This document shows, in pieces, positions 57,960 to 64,000 of a stretch of 64,000 nucleotides of DNA; position 1 is the stretch's first letter, and every line of letters starts with the position of its first letter. The notes beneath the pieces were generated by a model. The model saw only the letters and a list, made by a program, of their open reading frames with translations, did no database searches and was not told the DNA's origin. Location: positions 2,688,001 to 2,752,000 of the forward strand of contig OZ271854.1 in assembly GCA_965601925.1 (NCBI GenBank). The letters run 5' to 3'. The position numbers and the translations under genes were made by a program. The DNA comes from Alkalispirochaeta sp. Lineage in GTDB: Bacteria > Spirochaetota > Spirochaetia > DSM-27196 > Alkalispirochaetaceae.

Positions 57960-58972
57960 TCCTCTCCGTCGATCGTCTTTCGGTCAACTTCACGACCTCC
58001 GGGGGTATACTCCAGGCGGTGCGCGACGTCGGTTTCTCACTCGACGAGGGCGAGATCCTCGGTATCGTCGGTGAGTCCGGTAGCGGAAAGAGCGTTACCG
58101 CCCATTCGATCCTGCGTCTGCTTCCGGCAAACGGTGAGGTCGCCGCAGGGTCGATTCTATTTCGCGACGCATCGGTTCTCGACATGGATAAGGAGACGTT
58201 GCGCGCCTTTCGCGGCCGTCGCGTCGCGATGATCTTTCAGGAGCCGGGGCGCTCCTTCGATCCGATCTACTCGATCGGGAAGTCGCTGGCGGAGACCCTT
58301 CGCGCCCACCGTCCCGAGCTCGACGAGGAGGCGGTGCGCAAGCGGTCTATCGAGCTGTTGGAGGAGGTGCACGTCACGCATCCCGCCGACCGGTTGGGTA
58401 ACTTTCCGCACCAGTTCTCCGGCGGATTACTCCAACGCATCATGATTGCTCACGCCCTCGCAAGCGATCCCGAGGTACTCATCGCGGACGAACCGACGAC
58501 AGCCCTCGACGTCACGATTCAGGCCGGTATCATAAACCTCCTTCTGGAGTTGCGATCACGCCGCAACCTCGCGATCGTCTTCATTACCCACAATCTGGCG
58601 CTCATCTCTTCGTTTGCCGACCGGCTCCTGGTAATGTACGGCGGGCTGGTGATGGAGGAGGGGCCGACCTCTGAGGTCTTGTCGCGACCGCGTCACCCGT
58701 ATACCGCGAGTCTCATGGCGAGTCTGGTGCCCTTTGGAGCGCACAACAGTGAGCAGCCTCTGTATATCCTGGCCGGCGCGCCTCCCAACCCCTTAGCACC
58801 GGAACCGGGATGTCCCTTTGCGCCGCGCTGCCCCCTCGCGACGCCTGAGTGTAGGGCGGCCGTACCGGCTCTGCGAACGGAGGAGTCGAGCACATTTCGC
58901 TGTATTGAGGACGGTGTTAAGCGCTCGTCGGTCGCGGTGCGCGATGCCGGCGGGTCGGGAGAGCGCCCATGA
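57956..58972 (+). CDS. Peptide ABC transporter ATP-binding protein (DppD/OppD)
   Basis: GESGSGKS, PHQFSGG, ADEPTTALDVTIQA, GCPFAPRC. Confidence 0.92.
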   Translation: MILSVDRLSVNFTTSGGILQAVRDVGFSLDEGEILGIVGESGSGKSVTAHSILRLLPANGEVAAGSILFRDASVLDMDKETLRAFRGRRVAMIFQEPGRSFDPIYSIGKSLAETLRAHRPELDEEAVRKRSIELLEEVHVTHPADRLGNFPHQFSGGLLQRIMIAHALASDPEVLIADEPTTALDVTIQAGIINLLLELRSRRNLAIVFITHNLALISSFADRLLVMYGGLVMEEGPTSEVLSRPRHPYTASLMASLVPFGAHNSEQPLYILAGAPPNPLAPEPGCPFAPRCPLATPECRAAVPALRTEESSTFRCIEDGVKRSSVAVRDAGGSGERP

Positions 58973-59934
58973 TCGAGCTTGACGCCGTCTATAAGCGGTA
59001 TCCGCTCCACGCCGGGTTTTTCGCCCGCGAGGATGAGTGGGTGTATGCGGTGAACGGTATAACGCTTCGGATCGAGCCGGGCGAAATCTACGGCCTGGTC
59101 GGAGAGTCGGGGTGCGGCAAGACGACCACGGCGCGACTCATGGTGCGCATGGAGCGCCTCACCGACGGTAATATCCGCTATCGGAGCCGCGACGGGCAGG
59201 AGTTCTCCCTCGCCGGCATAGACAAGCGCAGCCTCAAACGGCTCCGGGGCAAGATTCGTTACATCTTTCAGGATCCGGCGCGCTCACTCAACCCGCGCTT
59301 GAGTATTCGCGAGGTTTTGCTCTCGGGGTATCGCTACTCGCCGGCGTGGCCCGGGAGGGTCAGAGCCGAAGAGGAGGCGCGCGAGCTCCTCGTCGACGTC
59401 GGACTCCAACCCGGCGACCTCGACCGGAGGCCCGCCGACTTTTCCGGAGGCCAACGACAACGGATTTCGATCGCCCGCTCCCTCATCACCAAACCGGAAG
59501 TGCTTATTTGCGACGAGGTGGTGAGTGCCTTGGACGTCTCGATTCAGGGCCAGATACTTAACCTGCTGCTGAGGCTGCGGGAGGAGCGCGACCTTACCAT
59601 GATCTTTATCGCTCACGATTTGGCCGTGGTGGGATACGTGAGTGATCGTATCGGCGTCATGTATCGCGGAGTCTTGGTCGAGGAGGCGTCGTCTCGTGAC
59701 TTGGTTAGAGGGCGACGGCATCCTTATACGCGCTATCTTTTCGACGCCATACCGTCCCTTCCCTTCGAGGGAGCGGATGGACACGCGAGAGCCGAAACGC
59801 GCGCCGATATCGCCGTCTCCTATGCCGCGCAGGCAAACGCCACGGTGAACCCGGTGCCCGACGCCGGCCTCCTGCACATGGACGAACCGCAACCGGGACA
59901 CCGCGTCAGCCGGCTGTTCGCCGGCGACGAGTAG
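58969..59934 (+). CDS. Peptide ABC transporter ATP-binding protein (DppF/OppF)
   Basis: GESGCGKTT, FSGGQRQR, CDE.VSALDVSIQ, HPYT. Confidence 0.92.
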   Translation: MIELDAVYKRYPLHAGFFAREDEWVYAVNGITLRIEPGEIYGLVGESGCGKTTTARLMVRMERLTDGNIRYRSRDGQEFSLAGIDKRSLKRLRGKIRYIFQDPARSLNPRLSIREVLLSGYRYSPAWPGRVRAEEEARELLVDVGLQPGDLDRRPADFSGGQRQRISIARSLITKPEVLICDEVVSALDVSIQGQILNLLLRLREERDLTMIFIAHDLAVVGYVSDRIGVMYRGVLVEEASSRDLVRGRRHPYTRYLFDAIPSLPFEGADGHARAETRADIAVSYAAQANATVNPVPDAGLLHMDEPQPGHRVSRLFAGDE

Positions 59935-59990
59935 TTACCTACGGTGTCGTCCGGGCAACCGGAGCGGATGTGCGTCGTACCGGGGCGACG

Positions 59991-60293
59991 TTACGTCTCC
60001 AACTCGGGGTACAACACCTCCAAGTCGAGCCCTTCGCGCGGTTTCTCCATCATCTCTTCAACCGTTGAGCGCCACGCTTTGTAGTGATCCGTCTCTTTGT
60101 GCGCAAGCACCGCTTCGGGATTCGCGTATACCTCATACAGCACATAGGTTCCCGGGCTCTTCTCGTCGCGGAGCACGTCAAAACGCAGTACGCCGGGTTC
60201 TTCCAAGGATCCTCGATGATTCTTGTATGTCGCGGCTTCAAAGGCTGCGTAGAACTCCGGTTTGACCATTATCGAAACGACACGAGCGATCAT
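59991..60293 (-). CDS. ABM-domain protein (LsrG / putative quinol monooxygenase-like)
   Basis: VKPE, EPGVLRFDVL, LYEVY...A..AHK.T.HY..WR. Confidence 0.85.
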   Translation of the reverse strand: MIARVVSIMVKPEFYAAFEAATYKNHRGSLEEPGVLRFDVLRDEKSPGTYVLYEVYANPEAVLAHKETDHYKAWRSTVEEMMEKPREGLDLEVLYPELET

Positions 60294-60307
60294 AGTATAA
60301 TGAGCAT

Positions 60308-62047
60308 ATGGCAAAGTGGCCGCCCGCGGCAATCGTATACTGTTTGCTGCCGGCCGTGTTTCTATTCCCCATCGATCTGGAGCCGAAACGTGTATTAGTC
60401 GTCCACTCGTACGGTACGGATTTTCAATGGACCCGGGAGCTCGACGAAGGTATACGATCGGTCCTGTACTCAGACCCGGCAAACTATCGCATCGTGTTCA
60501 CCGAGTACCTGCACGCGAAACATCACAACTCGGAAGAGTATTTCGCCGAGACCGCCGGACTCTTTGCGGAGAAATATGCGGGATGGCATTTCGACGTCAT
60601 AATCGTCTCCGACGATCTCGGTTTCGCCTTCATGCAGCGATATCGCGACGCGGTCTTCGGGCCGGTGCCGACGGTGTTCGTCGGTATCAACGACTATGAG
60701 CCGTCCCTTACCGAGGGGATGGCCAACGTCACCGGAGTCGCCGAGGCTGTGAGCGTCACCGAGACGATCGATCTCGCCTTTCGACTCTTCCCCGACGGTT
60801 CTTTGGTCGTTTTAGGCGACGGTACCCACACGTTCCGGCTGAATGCGGACCTCGTACGCCGAGACTTGGCGCTGCGTGAGACGGATCGGCCCATTCGGTT
60901 CTATCCCACGATTCGTGTATCCGAACTCGCCGCTCTGGCCGCCACTCTTCGTCCCACCGATGCGGTTCTGCTCATTTCCTCCGTGTTGGAAGACGACGGC
61001 ACGGTCGCCGACTATTGGCGCGCCGGCGGGTTGGTGAGCACCGTGATGCCCACACCGGTCTTTTCGCTCTGGGACTTTTTCATCGGGACCGGTGTGGCCG
61101 GAGGGCTCCTCGTAAGCGGTCGGGATCAGGGAACCGCCGCCGCTGAGCTCGCGACGCAGATTCTCGCCGGCGATCCCGCAGACTCGATTCCCGTGATTAC
61201 GGACAGTCCGAACCGCTGGGTCTTCGATATGGGCGCGCTTGGGCCCGCTGGAGTCAGAGCGTCCGATCTACCGCGCGGAGCGCGCCTCGTCAACCGTCGG
61301 TTGATGATTTGGCACGCCTACCGTGCGGCCGTGCTGGTCGCCTCGTTCATTCTCGTTTCGATGGCGATCTTGATATCGCTGCTCATTATGAATATTCGCA
61401 AGCGGTCACAGGTGGCCGGGAAGTTGCGGGAGTCGCTTTTGGAGAAGGAGGTCCTCCTCAAGGAGATTCACCACCGAGTGAAAAACAACCTGCAAGTGGT
61501 GTCCAGTATGCTCAACATTCAAAGCGGTCTCGTTCGAGACCGGCGCTCACTCGACTATTTCAAAGATTGCGAGTCGCGGGTCTATTCGATGGCCCTGGTC
61601 CACGATCAACTCTACCAGTCCGATACGCTCACGCGAATCGCTATGCGGGACTATATGGAGGACCTCGTGACCACGCTGTACGGAGTCCTGGCGATTCCCT
61701 CCGATAGGCTTATCGTCAACCCTCAAGTGGTCGATCTTTTTTTGGATATCGATCGAGCGATACCGGTGGGACTTGTGGTGAACGAGCTCCTGTCCAACGC
61801 TCTCCGGTACGCATATCCTGCGGGGGAAGGTGAGGTGCGGTTAACGATAGAGCGCTCCGATGATATCGTGCGCATCGTGGTGCGGGACTGGGGCGTTGGA
61901 ATGCCTGAAGGGTGGGAGCGCGGGGAGACGTTGGGACTCAATCTGGTTCGCGCTTTGGCCCAGCAGATCAGCGGCGTCGTGGATTTCTATGACGCCGGGC
62001 CCGGGCTCGAGGTGCGTGTAAGATTCCCCGCGGTTGATCCGGCGTAG
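60308..62047 (+). CDS. Orphan sensor histidine kinase (ABC-binding-like periplasmic domain plus HisKA_2/HATPase)
   Basis: VL..HSY...W, TM, LLKEIHHRVKNNLQ, NEL.SNA.RYA, D.GVG, LGL.LV..L..Q. Confidence 0.9.
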   Translation: MAKWPPAAIVYCLLPAVFLFPIDLEPKRVLVVHSYGTDFQWTRELDEGIRSVLYSDPANYRIVFTEYLHAKHHNSEEYFAETAGLFAEKYAGWHFDVIIVSDDLGFAFMQRYRDAVFGPVPTVFVGINDYEPSLTEGMANVTGVAEAVSVTETIDLAFRLFPDGSLVVLGDGTHTFRLNADLVRRDLALRETDRPIRFYPTIRVSELAALAATLRPTDAVLLISSVLEDDGTVADYWRAGGLVSTVMPTPVFSLWDFFIGTGVAGGLLVSGRDQGTAAAELATQILAGDPADSIPVITDSPNRWVFDMGALGPAGVRASDLPRGARLVNRRLMIWHAYRAAVLVASFILVSMAILISLLIMNIRKRSQVAGKLRESLLEKEVLLKEIHHRVKNNLQVVSSMLNIQSGLVRDRRSLDYFKDCESRVYSMALVHDQLYQSDTLTRIAMRDYMEDLVTTLYGVLAIPSDRLIVNPQVVDLFLDIDRAIPVGLVVNELLSNALRYAYPAGEGEVRLTIERSDDIVRIVVRDWGVGMPEGWERGETLGLNLVRALAQQISGVVDFYDAGPGLEVRVRFPAVDPA

Positions 62048-62097
62048 TGCGTCGCGTCGGCCGCATCGTGAGGCCGGCTCGCCCCTCTCCGCCGCCG

Positions 62098-62676
62098 TCA
62101 CCACCGCTCGTGGAGCCACCAGTCGAAGTTGACCGCCTCGCGGCTGTCCAGATCGTGCTCCGGCGGCATCACCCATAGGCTTTCCGCGCTGTCGCCGATC
62201 GCCTTCGCCATGCCGACGTACGGTAGTGCCGCAAGCGGTGCGGCGAGACGCGGGCGGAGCGCCGACGGCTCCTTCCATTGGTCGCGTCGCGGAATCGGAA
62301 CGACCGCCTGGTGCGTCGGCGGTGTCGAGGAGCGTCCCAGGATCCACCATAGCCAGTGGCCCTCGATTCGCGAACCCTCCTCGACGGGTAACACGATGCA
62401 GCGCGCGTCGTCTATGGCGTGCGTCGCGGGCGGCGCCGCGCCGTCTCGCGGTACATGGAACACCGTGGTCGCGTAGCCCATACGCTCTAAAAAGAGGTGG
62501 AGTCGTGTCGTCGTTGCGCGTGTGCACCCCGGCGCGACGACGATAGTCACGTCGTGTCGCGGAGCGGCGACTGATTGCCGGCGCGCCGGCACCGACGCGC
62601 CTTCCGCTCCACGCCGGTCGGCAGTACGTATGTCGGGTATCTCGCTCTGCAGATGGTGTGCGGTAACGAGTATCAT
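62098..62676 (-). CDS. Hypothetical protein, possibly a degenerate TIR-domain protein
   Basis: TIR-like pattern 'L..FL..MGY', 'AI..AR.IVL', 'W..WILG', 'VVPI', 'LPYV...LWV...F.WWL'; TGcTACTGT -10 and GGAG before ATG 62676. Confidence 0.5.
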   Translation of the reverse strand: MILVTAHHLQSEIPDIRTADRRGAEGASVPARRQSVAAPRHDVTIVVAPGCTRATTTRLHLFLERMGYATTVFHVPRDGAAPPATHAIDDARCIVLPVEEGSRIEGHWLWWILGRSSTPPTHQAVVPIPRRDQWKEPSALRPRLAAPLAALPYVGMAKAIGDSAESLWVMPPEHDLDSREAVNFDWWLHERW

Positions 62677-62716
62677 ACGCTCCACACAGTAGCACGGGTT
62701 CAATACACTATGCATC

Positions 62717-63796
62717 ATGACGCGTATCATTGTCCTTCTAATCCTCGGCGTAACGATACTTACGCTGAGTTCGTGTTACGTCACCACACAGGGGTACCAC
62801 TTGGTCGCTCAGCAACTCAACGCGCGCCCGATAACGCGCTGGAAGGTCGACGAGAGCCTCACCGAGGAGGAGGCCCATCTCTTCCACCGCGTCGAGGAGA
62901 TTCGCGAGTACGCACGCTCGACGTTGGAGTTGGAGGCCGGCCGCAACTACACGACGTTCCTGCGAGTTGAGCGCGATCATCTCGTCGATGTCGTCTCCGC
63001 CGCGGGCGAACTCTCGTTCGAGCGTAAGGAGTGGTGGTTCCCGTTTTTCGGCCGCTTTCCGTACAAAGGATTCTATCGTCCGCGGCCGGCGGAGCGCCTC
63101 GCCCGACGCCTCCGAGACGACGGTTGGGACGTCATTATTCGGCCCGTCGAGGCGTTTTCCACACTGGGCTATTTCCGCGATCCTTTGATCTCGTTCATGA
63201 CCGATTACGACGACGCTCGCTTGTCGGAGCTCATCATTCACGAAATGGCGCACACCACGCTGTGGATATCCAGCGAGGCGCAGTTCAACGAGGAGTTTGC
63301 GACCTTTGTGGGACGGACAGGGGCCGACGACTACCTGAGGGCGCGTTACGGCGCCGATTCTCCCGAGCTCGCCGATTTGGCGGCGCGCAGAGCGGACTCC
63401 GAGCAGTTTCGCCACGACGTACTGGCGTTGAAGGCGCGCCTGGATGCCTTTTATCGGTCCGTGGAGGCCGACACCGCGACGCGACGCGACGAGCTTCTCG
63501 CCGAAAAAGCGGCCATTATCGGCGAGTACCAGCGAGAGTTTGCCGCGCGCTACGACGAGGCGTACCGATCCGACCGGTACCGTTTCTTTGCCGAAGCGGC
63601 TATAAACAACGCCTACCTCGATCTGTTCGATACGTACACCGGGAACCTGCCGCTCTTTGAGTCGTTCCACCACCGCGTCGGCGGCGGTGAACTACGCATC
63701 ACCGTGGCCGAGCTCGTCCGACGTGCCCGAGAGTGGCGCGATATCCCGCGCCGCCGTCGGCCGCCGATCCTCTCCGTGCTCACCGACGGCGAGTAG
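62717..63796 (+). CDS. Putative zinc aminopeptidase lipoprotein (DUF2265-type)
   Basis: Lipobox LSSC, W.FP..G..PYKG.Y, AFSTLG.F.DP, HEMAH zinc motif, FNE.FA.F, NNAY. Confidence 0.85.
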   Translation: MTRIIVLLILGVTILTLSSCYVTTQGYHLVAQQLNARPITRWKVDESLTEEEAHLFHRVEEIREYARSTLELEAGRNYTTFLRVERDHLVDVVSAAGELSFERKEWWFPFFGRFPYKGFYRPRPAERLARRLRDDGWDVIIRPVEAFSTLGYFRDPLISFMTDYDDARLSELIIHEMAHTTLWISSEAQFNEEFATFVGRTGADDYLRARYGADSPELADLAARRADSEQFRHDVLALKARLDAFYRSVEADTATRRDELLAEKAAIIGEYQREFAARYDEAYRSDRYRFFAEAAINNAYLDLFDTYTGNLPLFESFHHRVGGGELRITVAELVRRAREWRDIPRRRRPPILSVLTDGE

Positions 63797-64000
63797 AGGT
63801 GTGACGGAGATACGCCGTTATGTGCGCGTGTACATCGGATCCGGATACGGCTGCCGCCGGTGCTCCTCGCGATCCGACGCGTGCTCGGTGAGCGTCTGAT
63901 CAACGCTTCGAAGCGCCCGGGGGAGGAGTGCCGTTTGGTATCCGTTTTGCGCTGAACGAGGATAGATCCGAGCCGACCCGCGACCCTTGACAGCACGCCG

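Noticed and set aside
1..64000. CRISPR arrays, tRNA/rRNA genes, transposases, integrases, prophage genes
   Set aside because: No regularly spaced repeats, RNA-gene signatures or mobile-element motifs seen by eye; small elements could have been missed
63797..64000. Possible short CDS after the aminopeptidase
   Set aside because: All plus-strand frames close quickly and no recognisable motif is present

Overview
A GC-rich (roughly 60-65%) bacterial chromosomal segment, most likely from a free-living Spirochaetales member. This is an inference from 'FAGGxxE'-type exported-protein leaders, the MurE DEDPR motif and the gene content. I see about 60 densely packed CDSs and no rRNA, tRNA, CRISPR array or transposase. 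Left to right: (1) a dapL - heme-c sensor adenylate cyclase - cytochrome P460-like lipoprotein - FkbM methyltransferase run. (2) Housekeeping genes (dinB, ddl, murE, hflKC, a PPIase) and a frameshifted MFS gene. (3) A 15.5-kb catabolic island for an unknown sugar or polyol, whose two promoter regions share an ATTTCAT-N15-ATGAAAT operator. (4) A tightly coupled operon of unknown-domain protein, calcineurin-like phosphoesterase, Hanks-type Ser/Thr kinase and a membrane FHA-vWA-FHA protein, transcribed divergently from a paralog of the unknown-domain protein fused to an HU DNA-binding domain. This is the best candidate for an undescribed system. (5) A ROK-regulated amino-sugar-type operon with a 22-bp-arm palindromic operator. 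(6) A self-contained galactitol-family PTS with its own EI and HPr. (7) A peptide ABC transporter, an orphan histidine kinase, a degenerate TIR-like gene and an aminopeptidase. Many transcription units look leaderless. All calls come from reading motifs by eye; no database searches were run.
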